From an uncultured bacterium (GTDB lineage Bacteria > Krumholzibacteriota > Krumholzibacteriia > WVZY01 > JAKEHA01), in the NCBI GenBank assembly GCA_964560355.1, contig CAZLLI010000003.1:2711-66710 (forward strand): a DNA stretch of 64,000 nt. Reading direction: 5' to 3'. Below are positions 22,643 through 31,356 of this stretch, piece by piece. Made by a program: the position numbers and the translations under genes. The first letter of the stretch is position 1; every line of letters begins with the position of its first letter. The notes beneath the pieces are model-generated. The model worked only from the letters and a program-made list of their open reading frames with translations, was not told where the DNA came from and did not search any database.

Positions 22643-23350
22643 CTACCACGGATTCGACGCCCACACCGAGACCTCGGGGATCATCCCGCGGTCGTCCATC
22701 TCCAACACCGACTTGATCACGTGCGCGATTTCCATCGTGCTCAACTTGTTGGGCGCGGGTTCGCGCTCCTGGCCGTCGTCGCTGCCGAAGGCGGTGGCCA
22801 CTTCGCTCGGTGCCACCAGCGTGACGCGGATATTGTGCTTGCGAAGCTCCGCCTGCCAGCACTCGGTCATTCCGCGCAGCGCGAACTTCGACGCCGCGTA
22901 GATGCTTCCGCCGGCGAATCCTTTGAGTCCCGCCGTCGAGCCGACATTGATAATGTGCCCGCGCGACTTCTGCGCCTTGAACATCTTCGCGGCGCGCGCG
23001 CCCATCAGCGCGGCGCCGTAGACGTTGACGCGGAAGACCTTGTCGAACTCTTCGAACGTCACCGTCTCCATCTCGGAGAAACGGCCGAAGCCGGCATTAT
23101 TAATGAGGCAATCGAGGCCACCGAGGTGGCGTCGCACCTCTTCGAAGGTTCGTTCGACGTCCTTCGGATTGCCCGCGTCGGCGACGATGGGAATGGCACC
23201 GATGGCCTTCGCGGCCTTGTGCAGGCGCTCTTCGTGGCGTGCGGTCACGGCCACGCGCGCACCGGCTTCGGATAGAACCTGTGCGGCCGCGCGGCCGATA
23301 CCCAAACTGCCACCCGTGACGAGAATTCTCGCGTTCTTGAGTTCCATCAC
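22643..23350 (-). CDS. Short-chain dehydrogenase/reductase (SDR) family oxidoreductase
   Basis: TGGSLGIG, NNAG and YAASK motifs. Confidence 0.8.
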   Translation of the reverse strand: MMELKNARILVTGGSLGIGRAAAQVLSEAGARVAVTARHEERLHKAAKAIGAIPIVADAGNPKDVERTFEEVRRHLGGLDCLINNAGFGRFSEMETVTFEEFDKVFRVNVYGAALMGARAAKMFKAQKSRGHIINVGSTAGLKGFAGGSIYAASKFALRGMTECWQAELRKHNIRVTLVAPSEVATAFGSDDGQEREPAPNKLSTMEIAHVIKSVLEMDDRGMIPEVSVWASNPW

Positions 23351-23355
23351 TTACC

Positions 23356-24411
23356 TCACGGCGCCCAGCGCGCGCCAACCAAGAGCCCGAAGCAGTCGCG
23401 GTCCAGATCGAAGAACGACGACTCGTCGATGTTCGCGTAGTCGAGTTGAAGCAACCAGTGCCCGAAATCCCAACCGAGCCCCGCTCCGAATTGGGTACGG
23501 TCTTGTCCGTTCTCGAACGTAACTTGTCCAAAGCGGGCTTCGAGGGCACCGAAAAACGAGGCGGCAAAACCGTACGACTCTGCATCCGTCGACGCTTCTC
23601 GATTCGCCCAATCATAATCGAACGAAAACATGAGTCTCGCGACGTCGCGCTTCCACGCACCGCTTCCTATCGATCCCAACGGCGACGCGATATCGATGCC
23701 GATCCCGGTTCGGGTCTCGTTGTCGATTTGCGAGACGCGGCCGTCGTAATCGGCGCCGGTGTCGAGATTCAGTATCGCGAAACCGGCGCGCGGGCGTAGC
23801 AACGCCCCGTTCAAGACGATCGGGGCGGCCACAAGCGCACCCGCGTCGAGTGCCCAGGTGGAGACATGGTCCGCGGCGAACTCCGACCGTATGTACTTGG
23901 CAGTGCCTCCCGCACCGAGGGTGATCACACCGTGCTCCCACGCCGCGGCCGCGGTTGCGGTGAGCATATGGTCGTCGGGGTCGTACAGCTCCCCGGTTCC
24001 CTCGGGGAGAAAGATCGTTCGCACGACTTGCGGATCCATCCAAAGGCCCGTGTATCCCAGCGAACCGCCGAAGCGCCAGGTCGTCGATTCGGATGAGATG
24101 ACCCGATGGGAACCTGACACGCGAATGTCGGCGAGGCCGATGTCGGCGGGCCACTCTTCGTAGCTGCTTTGCAGGGTCCACGCATCGACCCAAGCCAGGC
24201 TCGCCGGGTTGAAGTACCCAGTCGAATGCTCGTAGACCGACGCGGTGCCCGTTGAACCCATGCCGAGGTTTCGGACACCGCGCGGCATGCCCGCGAATTG
24301 GAACGCATAGGTGCCCACCTTGCTGAACGGCTCGGTGCTGGCAGCCTTGTCGCGCCACGCCCACAGGGACAACAACAATCCCGACGCGACAACGACGTGC
24401 CGGACGCGCAC
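23356..24411 (-). CDS. FadL/TodX-like (possibly PorV-like) outer-membrane beta-barrel protein, hypothetical
   Basis: The N-terminus after the signal peptide (AFQFAGMPRGVRNLGMGSTGTASVYEHSTGYFNPASLAWVD) aligns with the FadL N-terminal plug motif. Start taken as a GTG at 24411, 3 nt after the rng stop. The listed ORF is over-extended into rng. Confidence 0.4.
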   Translation of the reverse strand: MRVRHVVVASGLLLSLWAWRDKAASTEPFSKVGTYAFQFAGMPRGVRNLGMGSTGTASVYEHSTGYFNPASLAWVDAWTLQSSYEEWPADIGLADIRVSGSHRVISSESTTWRFGGSLGYTGLWMDPQVVRTIFLPEGTGELYDPDDHMLTATAAAAWEHGVITLGAGGTAKYIRSEFAADHVSTWALDAGALVAAPIVLNGALLRPRAGFAILNLDTGADYDGRVSQIDNETRTGIGIDIASPLGSIGSGAWKRDVARLMFSFDYDWANREASTDAESYGFAASFFGALEARFGQVTFENGQDRTQFGAGLGWDFGHWLLQLDYANIDESSFFDLDRDCFGLLVGARWAP

Positions 24412-24413
24412 CT

Positions 24414-26111
24414 CTACCCCGCTTCCGCGACCAAATCCCGGAAGTTCGACAGCGAGACCAGCTTGAAGTCCTCGCGGTGGAGCCGCGGGTCGTCCTGGAT
24501 TTCGATGCGCATGCGGTACTGCTTCTCGAGCGAGTCGAGCATGCCGGCGCGCTGCTCTTCCAGGAACACGCCGAACGACGTGTTGACGCGCAACTGCACG
24601 CGGCGCTCCTTGGTGCGCTGGCCGATGCGGTGAATCTGGCGCTCGACCTTGTTGGCGAGGGTGTCGAACGAGAGCACTTTGCCGGTGCCGCGACAGTACG
24701 GGCACTCCTCGCTCAAGAAATGCAGCAAGGACGGCCGCACGCGCTTGCGGCTGATTTCGACCAGCCCGAGGTCGCTGATGGCGAACGCCTTCGCGCGCGA
24801 GCGGTCGCGGCGCAAGTGGTTGCGGAGCTCGGTCAGCACCTTCTTCTTGTTGGCCTCGCTCTCCATGTCGATGAAGTCGATCACAATGATGCCGCCGATG
24901 TCGCGCAGGCGCAGCTGGCGCGGGACTTCGCGCGCCGCGAGGAGATTCGTTTCCAGAATCGTTTCCTCCTGGTCGCGCTTGCCGACGAAGCGCCCGGTGT
25001 TGACGTCGACCACGACCATGGCTTCGGTCTGGTCGAACACGAGGTAGCCGCCCTTCTTGAGCCACACCTTGCGCTCGAGCGTCTTCTCGATTTCGTTTTC
25101 GATGTTGTACTTCTCGAAAATGGGCGACTTCTCGCGGAACAGGTGCGTGCGCGACGCGAGCTCGGGGCTCACCTGGCGCAGATGGCGCACGAGGCGTCGG
25201 TACTCGCGCTCGTTGTCCATCCAGATCTTGTCGATGTCTTCCGCGAGGAGGTCACGCACCATCCCAACCACCATGCCGACTTCTTCGTGCACGAGCTCGG
25301 GCGCCTGCGCCTTTTCGGCGCGGCGTCTCACTTCCTGCCACAGCTTGTGCAGGTAGTTGATATCGGCGACGATCTGCTTGTCCTCGACGCCTTCGCACGC
25401 GGTGCGCGCGATGACGGCGCAGTTGGGCGGCTTCTTCTTCGAGATGAGCGTGCGCAAACGCGTGCGCTCCTGGCGCGATTCGATGCGGCGCGAAATGCCG
25501 AGGTAATCGCTGTTCGGCATGTAGACGACGTGGCGACCGGGCAGCGACACCTGCGTGGTGAGCCGCGGCCCCTTGGTGCCGATGGCTTCCTTGGTTACTT
25601 GCACCAACACTTCCTGGCCCTTGGTCAGCATCTTCTCGATGGGCTGCACGGTGGGACGCTCGCGATTCTCGCGCCCTCCGCGCCCGCGCCCCCCGCGGTC
25701 GTCGCCGCGTCCGCCGCGGTCGTCGCGGCCCCCGCGGTCGCGACCGTTGCCGCCGCGGCGGTGGTCGTCGCGGCGTCCGCCGCGCTCGTCGCCGTGGTTG
25801 TGGTCGTCGTCGTCGTCGCGGTTGCGTCCGCGACGTCGGCCGTAGTCCTCTTCGTCGACCTCGACTTCGCCCTCCATCCCTTCGGCGTCGGGGACGAGAT
25901 CGCTCGCGTGGAGGAAGCCCGCCTTCTCGTAGCCGATGTCGACGAACGCGGCCTGGATGCCGGGCAGGATCGCGTTCACGCGACCGAGGTAAATGTCACC
26001 GACGAGGCGCCGCGTCGCGGCGCGCTCCACCATGAATTCGACGAGCTCGCCTTCTTCGACGATGGCGGCCCGGACCTCCTGCGAGGTCGAGTTGATCAGT
26101 ACTTCTTTCAT
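24414..26111 (-). CDS. rng: Ribonuclease G/E family endoribonuclease, with an RGG/Asp-rich low-complexity insertion
   Basis: N-terminal S1 domain …GDIYLGRVNAILPGIQAAFVDIG…; catalytic core conserved; ~65-aa insertion GRRRGRNRDDDDDHNHGDERGGRRDD…GRGRGGRENRE. Confidence 0.85.
   Translation of the reverse strand: MKEVLINSTSQEVRAAIVEEGELVEFMVERAATRRLVGDIYLGRVNAILPGIQAAFVDIGYEKAGFLHASDLVPDAEGMEGEVEVDEEDYGRRRGRNRDDDDDHNHGDERGGRRDDHRRGGNGRDRGGRDDRGGRGDDRGGRGRGGRENRERPTVQPIEKMLTKGQEVLVQVTKEAIGTKGPRLTTQVSLPGRHVVYMPNSDYLGISRRIESRQERTRLRTLISKKKPPNCAVIARTACEGVEDKQIVADINYLHKLWQEVRRRAEKAQAPELVHEEVGMVVGMVRDLLAEDIDKIWMDNEREYRRLVRHLRQVSPELASRTHLFREKSPIFEKYNIENEIEKTLERKVWLKKGGYLVFDQTEAMVVVDVNTGRFVGKRDQEETILETNLLAAREVPRQLRLRDIGGIIVIDFIDMESEANKKKVLTELRNHLRRDRSRAKAFAISDLGLVEISRKRVRPSLLHFLSEECPYCRGTGKVLSFDTLANKVERQIHRIGQRTKERRVQLRVNTSFGVFLEEQRAGMLDSLEKQYRMRIEIQDDPRLHREDFKLVSLSNFRDLVAEAG
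25670..25860 (-). repeat. Repetitive GC-rich coding tract (cgccgcggtcgtcgcggcc-like units) encoding the RGG/RD-rich insertion of RNase G
   Basis: Direct reading of the sequence. Confidence 0.5.
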
Positions 26112-26791
26112 ATGCTTGCTTGCACGACTCCTTGATCGAGCGGAGAAACCAGCCGGTCGTCGCGCACCACGTACTGTGCGATTCGCACCACTTTGATGGG
26201 TACGCGAAACGACTCGGGGTCTCCGATCGCGGCGGCGACGACCTCCTCGGGGGTGACGATGCGACCGTTTTGCATGGTCGACGTGTAGCGAATGCGGAGC
26301 GCGTCCGTGGATTGGACGACGTCCGCTTCGCGCACCCGGGGATCCGTCGCGGCCTGGTTGTTATGGAGGAACCGATTCGAGATGCGGTCGGTGACGACGC
26401 CCGCGTCGGCCACGGCGTCTTCCGCCGCGACCACCACGTCCATCGACACCGCTCCCATGTCCGAGGCGAGCTTGGGCGTCTTGTCGTCGATGGCGACGAC
26501 GTGCGTCACGCAGAGCCCGTCGGGCAGTTTGGCGTTCACCGCGTCCGCGAAGCCGTCCACGGGGCCGTCCATAGTGACGTCCATGTACTCTTCGCGGCTC
26601 TCCCATCCGGTCCTAAGCGGCGGACCGAACGACATGCGCATGTGCGGGTGGAATCCTTCGCTCCACGCGACGGGGACTCCGGCCGCGGCGAACGCGCGCT
26701 CGAAGATACGCACTACGTCCTTGTGGGACGTAAAGCGAACCGTTCCCAGCTTCTCGAACTGGATCCTAATTTTCACACGTGCGCGGCTCAC
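26108..26791 (-). CDS. TIGR03936/DUF2344-family protein, which typically partners Rne/Rng genes
   Basis: 227 aa; overlaps the rng start by 4 nt. Confidence 0.6.
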   Translation of the reverse strand: MSRARVKIRIQFEKLGTVRFTSHKDVVRIFERAFAAAGVPVAWSEGFHPHMRMSFGPPLRTGWESREEYMDVTMDGPVDGFADAVNAKLPDGLCVTHVVAIDDKTPKLASDMGAVSMDVVVAAEDAVADAGVVTDRISNRFLHNNQAATDPRVREADVVQSTDALRIRYTSTMQNGRIVTPEEVVAAAIGDPESFRVPIKVVRIAQYVVRDDRLVSPLDQGVVQASI

Positions 26792-26876
26792 CCGCGCGCT
26801 GTTGTTTCAAAGCGACCCGAACCGCCGGGGCCACAGCGCCCGTGGGCAGTCGCGCGTTCGAATCTCCTAAGGACCG

Positions 26877-28277
26877 TCAGGCGACGGCGGAGTCTTCGAA
26901 CAGGGACTTGTTCAGGTCCGACGCCATCGGAATCGGATACTCGCCGCTGAAGCAGGCGTTGCAAAAATGATCCGGGTCGTCGACGACGGAGCGAAGGTCC
27001 GCGATGGTCAAGTACTCGAGGCTTTCGACCCCGAGGTACTGGCGGATCTCTTCGACCGGCTTCGACGACGCGATCAGCTCGCTTCGCGACGGCATGTCGA
27101 TTCCGTAGAAGCAGGGGAACTTGACGGGGGGAGACGCGATGCGCAGGTGGACTTCCTTCGCACCGGCCTTTCGGAGCATGACAACGAGTTTCTTCATCGT
27201 GGAACCACGAACGATCGAGTCGTCCACCACCACTACCCGCTTGCCCTTCAGCACGCCCTCCACCGTATTGAATTTCAGCCGCACGGTTCCGTCGCGGAGC
27301 CGCTGGCTGGGTTGGATGAACGTACGACCCACGTAGTGATTCCGAATCAGCCCGATCTCGAACGGAATGCCCGAGGTCTGGGCGAATCCCAAGCTCGACG
27401 TATTGCTCGAGTCCGGCACAGAGATGACGATGTCGGCGTCGACGGGATGGTTCTTGGCCAGGACCTTGCCCAGCTTACGACGAACCTTGTCGACGTTTTC
27501 CCCGAACACCTTGCTGTCCGGACGCGAGAAGTAGATGAACTCGAATATGCACTTCGCCTGCTGCTGGGGCTCGAACGCCTTTCGAGACCGAATCCCCCGC
27601 TCGTCTACGATGACGAGTTCCCCTGGCTCGATGTCTCGAACGTAATCGGCGCCGATGATGTCCAGCGCACAGGATTCGCTGGTGATGATGGTCGCATCAC
27701 CCTTGACGCCCAGACAGAGCGGCCGGAACGACTGCGGGTCGCGAACGGCGATGAGCGAGTCCTTCGTCAGCAAGAGGACGGAGAACGCGCCCCGCAGGTG
27801 CCGCACCGCGTCGACGATCATGTCGTCGAGAGACTCTCCCTTGCTGCGCGCAATGAGGTGGAGTATGACCTCGCTGTCCATCGTCGTGTTGAAGATGGAG
27901 CCTTCGGCTTCCAATTGCTTGCGAAGCTCGCGGGCGTTGGTGAGGTTTCCGTTGTGCGCGAGGGCGAGTTTCCCGACGCGGCAGTCCACCAAGAGCGGCT
28001 GTATGTTCGCCACGCGTGGCAGACCGGTCGTCGAATAGCGGTTGTGTCCGATGGCGCTTTTTCCCTTCAGACGAGCGATGGAGTCTTCGTCGAACACGTG
28101 CGCGACGAGTCCCATCCCCTTGTGCTCGTACATCCGGTCGCCGTCGGTGGTGACGATGCCGGCGCCCTCTTGACCGCGGTGCTGTAGGGCATACAACCCG
28201 AGGAACGTGCTTTCAGCCGCACCCTCGGATCCGTAGATCCCGAACACACCGCACTCCTCGTGGAGCGACTCGATCAT
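26877..28277 (-). CDS. purF: Amidophosphoribosyltransferase
   Basis: MIESLHEECGVFGIYG… N-terminal Cys nucleophile; PRTase domain. Confidence 0.9.
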   Translation of the reverse strand: MIESLHEECGVFGIYGSEGAAESTFLGLYALQHRGQEGAGIVTTDGDRMYEHKGMGLVAHVFDEDSIARLKGKSAIGHNRYSTTGLPRVANIQPLLVDCRVGKLALAHNGNLTNARELRKQLEAEGSIFNTTMDSEVILHLIARSKGESLDDMIVDAVRHLRGAFSVLLLTKDSLIAVRDPQSFRPLCLGVKGDATIITSESCALDIIGADYVRDIEPGELVIVDERGIRSRKAFEPQQQAKCIFEFIYFSRPDSKVFGENVDKVRRKLGKVLAKNHPVDADIVISVPDSSNTSSLGFAQTSGIPFEIGLIRNHYVGRTFIQPSQRLRDGTVRLKFNTVEGVLKGKRVVVVDDSIVRGSTMKKLVVMLRKAGAKEVHLRIASPPVKFPCFYGIDMPSRSELIASSKPVEEIRQYLGVESLEYLTIADLRSVVDDPDHFCNACFSGEYPIPMASDLNKSLFEDSAVA

Positions 28278-28969
28278 GAGCGCACCCGCTCGACCCTTCC
28301 GGCGGAAACGAATTCGGCGCTTTGATAGTTGGGGTTCAGGAGAAGCCCCTCGTCGCGCCGCTTCGTCACCGCGATCTGTCTAGCCGTGTCCACCGCCGCT
28401 TGGTCGCTCGAAGCCGCTATCGCGAGCCACCAAACGGTGGCTCGTCCGGGGCACGAGACCTTGACGGGTCCCGGCCCATCTGGCGCCGATAGCTCTCGGG
28501 TGAGTTTGGCGGCGATGCCGTCCCGGCCGGCCGAGTCGTCATCTTGGACGAACACCTCGACCACGAATACCGGAGACTTGTTCACAATATCGGCTTTACT
28601 CCCTGCCTTTCCATCGAAATCTGTGCCAGCTTCGGCGGGCTTACCCAATGACTGCCCGAAGCTGCCTACCAGCTCCGCGTGCGAGGGGCCGTCGACCTGC
28701 GTCGACGACCCCCACCGGCACTCGAGCGAGTACATGTGCTTATTGCGGTTATAGAACGTGCTCTGACGCGCGAGCGTCTTCTTGAGCGACTCCATGACCG
28801 CCTCCGGCGCGGCCGCGGACTCCAACGTGAGGTGGAAGAAATCCCACCGCTTGAGTCCGACCAGCCGGTCGCCGAACCCCATCTTCTCGACCAGCGCCAA
28901 ACGGGCGGTCGAGGCCGTGAGGTCGGGGCCCCGCAGGGCGACGAGTAGGCGGGCGTCGATGGTCGTCAC
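28274..28969 (-). CDS. Tandem PurS-like protein: two fused PurS (FGAM synthase subunit) domains
   Basis: Residues ~1-85 (…ARLLVALRGPDLTASTARLALVEKMGFGDRLVGLKRWDFFHLTLE…) and ~140-231 (…VFVVEVFVQDDDSAGRDGIAAKLTRELSAPDGPGPVKVSCPGRATVWWLAI…) each fit the PurS pattern. Position is purF-X-(sulfatase)-purQ-purL. Confidence 0.55.
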   Translation of the reverse strand: MTTIDARLLVALRGPDLTASTARLALVEKMGFGDRLVGLKRWDFFHLTLESAAAPEAVMESLKKTLARQSTFYNRNKHMYSLECRWGSSTQVDGPSHAELVGSFGQSLGKPAEAGTDFDGKAGSKADIVNKSPVFVVEVFVQDDDSAGRDGIAAKLTRELSAPDGPGPVKVSCPGRATVWWLAIAASSDQAAVDTARQIAVTKRRDEGLLLNPNYQSAEFVSAGRVERVRS

Positions 28970-28972
28970 ACG

Positions 28973-30520
28973 TTACTTTCCGCTCGTGCTCGCGCTGGTG
29001 AGTTTCTCCAGCACCTGATCGAGCGAGAAACTCCCCACCTTTTGGCTGGGCGGGAATTCCTTGAAGGTGGCGATGTACTTCGCGACGTATTCCTGCGCGG
29101 GCACGAGCAGGAAGAGCCGGTCGATCCGCCAGTGCTCGTAATCCATCCCGACATGGTCGGCTTCTTCGAACGGGTCGGAGCGCAGGTTGAATATCTTCGG
29201 CACGCGCAACGGCACGAACGGCTCCTGCCAAACGTCGAAGCCGTGGGCACGCTGTTCGGCGAAGACGATCTTCCACTGGTTGTAACGAAGCGCCACCAGC
29301 GAGCCGTCGTCATTCCAATAGAAGAACTCGTGGCGCGGGCTCGGCGACTTGCCGGCGAGCGCGTCGGTGATGTTGTAGCCGTCGAGGTGTACCTTGAAGG
29401 TCTGCTTACCGACCTTCATGCCCTTGAGTAGCTTCGCGGTCACGTCCGGGTCGCCCGCGGCCGCGAGGAGTGTCGGCAGCATGTCCTCGTGCGAGAAGAT
29501 ATCGTTGTTGACCGTGCCGGGCTGGGTGACGCCGGGCCAGCGGATCGCGCAGGGAACGCGATAGCCGCCTTCCCAGTTCGTGTTCTTCTCCCCTCGAAAC
29601 GGCGTCGTGCCGCCGTCGGGCCATGACATTTCCTCGGCACCGTTGTCGGTGGAGTACATCACGATGGTGTTGTCGTCGAGGCCGAGCGCCTTGAGCTTGT
29701 CCAAGATTTGCCCAACCATCGCGTCGTGCTCGACCATCCCGTCGGGATAGAGGCCGAGACCGGTCTTACCCTCGCTCTCCTTCTTGAGATGCGTGAAGAT
29801 GTGCATGCGCGTCGAGTTCCACCACAGGAAGAACGGCTTGTCGGACTTCGCGGCCTTGTCCAGGTAGTCGAGTGTCGCCCGGGTGAACTCCTCGTCGATC
29901 GTCTCCATACGCTTGGTGTCGAGGGGACCGGTGAGCTCGATCTTCTGGGTGCCGTCCGGATTCGCCCAGCAATGGATCACGCCGCGAGTGCCGTACTTCT
30001 TGATCATCGCGGGGTCCTTGAAATAGTCCGGGTTCTCGGGCTCCTGCTCCGCGTTCAGGTGATAGAGCGAACCAAAGAACTCGTCGAAGCCGTGCATGGT
30101 CGGCAAGGTCGCGTCCGCGTCGCCGAGGTGGTTCTTCCCGAACTGCGCGGTCATGTACCCCTGCGCCTTGAGGAGCTGCGCGATCGTCACATCACGCGCC
30201 TGCAAACCCTCTTTCGCGCCCGGCAGACCGACCTTGAGCAGGCCGGTGCGAAAACCCGACTGCCCGGTGATGAAGCATGCGCGCCCCGCCGTACAGCTTT
30301 GCTGGCCGTACCAGTCGGTGAACAGCGCGCCTTCCTTCGCAATGCGATCGATATTGGGTGTCTTGTAGCCCATCATGCCTTGGTTGTAGGCGCTGACGTT
30401 CCAGTAGCCGATGTCGTCGCCCCAGAGAATCAGGATGTTGGGCTTCTTCTCTTGCGCGTTCGCGCTCGCGGCGCAAACAACGAACGAGAAGACCATAGCG
30501 ATTGCGAGGATTCGTTTCAC
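28973..30520 (-). CDS. Arylsulfatase (formylglycine-dependent sulfatase family), secreted
   Basis: Signal peptide, then C-x-A-x-R active-site motif SCTAGRACFITGQSGFRTG. GC content and codon usage are visibly lower than the flanking pur genes. Confidence 0.8.
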   Translation of the reverse strand: MKRILAIAMVFSFVVCAASANAQEKKPNILILWGDDIGYWNVSAYNQGMMGYKTPNIDRIAKEGALFTDWYGQQSCTAGRACFITGQSGFRTGLLKVGLPGAKEGLQARDVTIAQLLKAQGYMTAQFGKNHLGDADATLPTMHGFDEFFGSLYHLNAEQEPENPDYFKDPAMIKKYGTRGVIHCWANPDGTQKIELTGPLDTKRMETIDEEFTRATLDYLDKAAKSDKPFFLWWNSTRMHIFTHLKKESEGKTGLGLYPDGMVEHDAMVGQILDKLKALGLDDNTIVMYSTDNGAEEMSWPDGGTTPFRGEKNTNWEGGYRVPCAIRWPGVTQPGTVNNDIFSHEDMLPTLLAAAGDPDVTAKLLKGMKVGKQTFKVHLDGYNITDALAGKSPSPRHEFFYWNDDGSLVALRYNQWKIVFAEQRAHGFDVWQEPFVPLRVPKIFNLRSDPFEEADHVGMDYEHWRIDRLFLLVPAQEYVAKYIATFKEFPPSQKVGSFSLDQVLEKLTSASTSGK

Positions 30521-30541
30521 GGCTCCCTCATTTCGGTTCGG

Positions 30542-31354
30542 TCAACCAATCGCTCTGCGTAACGACTCGAAAAATCCGCGGCCGGGACCCGCGGTGTAAA
30601 GATCCTTGGCGCCCACGCCGTCGCGGCTTCGGCCCCAGGTGCCGCCGACGCGGCGCGGCACCTGGTGCGCCCACGCGCCGCGCTCGGGGTGCGGCATGAT
30701 GGCGAGCACGTTGCCCTGTGGGTTGGTGAGTCCGGCGATGGCGAACTGCGCGCCGTTAGGATTGTCGGGGAAGGTCGACGCGGTCTCGCCGCGCGCGCTG
30801 CAATAGGTCACGGCGACGCCGTCGCCCTTTTCGAAGTGTTTGCGCACGGACTCGCTCGAGGTGACGAAGCGACCCTCGCCGTGCGCGAGCGGAATGGGGA
30901 TGGGATCGTTCGGGCGCTCTTCCATGAATTCGGTGAAGAGGCACTTCGCGGGGCCCTTCTTCACGTGCACCCAGTTGCAGTAATAGCCCACGCGGCCGGT
31001 CATCCTATTTGGTGCCAGTGCGACGTCGATACGGCCGCGTTCGAAACCGGGGACGATGCCGGTTTCGACCAATACTTGCGCGCCGTTGCAAATGCCGATC
31101 ACGGGGACGCCGCGGTCGGCGGCGTGTATCACGTCGTCGAGCACTTCGTCCTTCGCCGCAACGACACCGGCGCGAATGCGATCCTGATACGACCACCCGC
31201 CGGGCAGAATGATCGCGGGCGCGTTCTTCACGGCGGCGGCCGCGTCGTTCCAGCGCCGAATTTCACCGCGCAAGCCGACGGCTTCGATCACGCGCAAGCT
31301 CTCGTACTCGCAGTTGACGCCGGGAAACTGAATGATGAGAACTTTGGAAGCCAT
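30542..31354 (-). CDS. purQ: Phosphoribosylformylglycinamidine synthase, glutaminase subunit
   Basis: MASKVLIIQFPGVNCEYE…GICNGAQVL…. Confidence 0.9.
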   Translation of the reverse strand: MASKVLIIQFPGVNCEYESLRVIEAVGLRGEIRRWNDAAAAVKNAPAIILPGGWSYQDRIRAGVVAAKDEVLDDVIHAADRGVPVIGICNGAQVLVETGIVPGFERGRIDVALAPNRMTGRVGYYCNWVHVKKGPAKCLFTEFMEERPNDPIPIPLAHGEGRFVTSSESVRKHFEKGDGVAVTYCSARGETASTFPDNPNGAQFAIAGLTNPQGNVLAIMPHPERGAWAHQVPRRVGGTWGRSRDGVGAKDLYTAGPGRGFFESLRRAIG

Positions 31355-31356
31355 AA

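Noticed and set aside
26857-26865. GTTCGAATC (tRNA T-loop-like) in the purF / TIGR03936 intergenic region
   Set aside because: No flanking T-stem complementarity, acceptor stem or D-arm could be found. It is not a tRNA.
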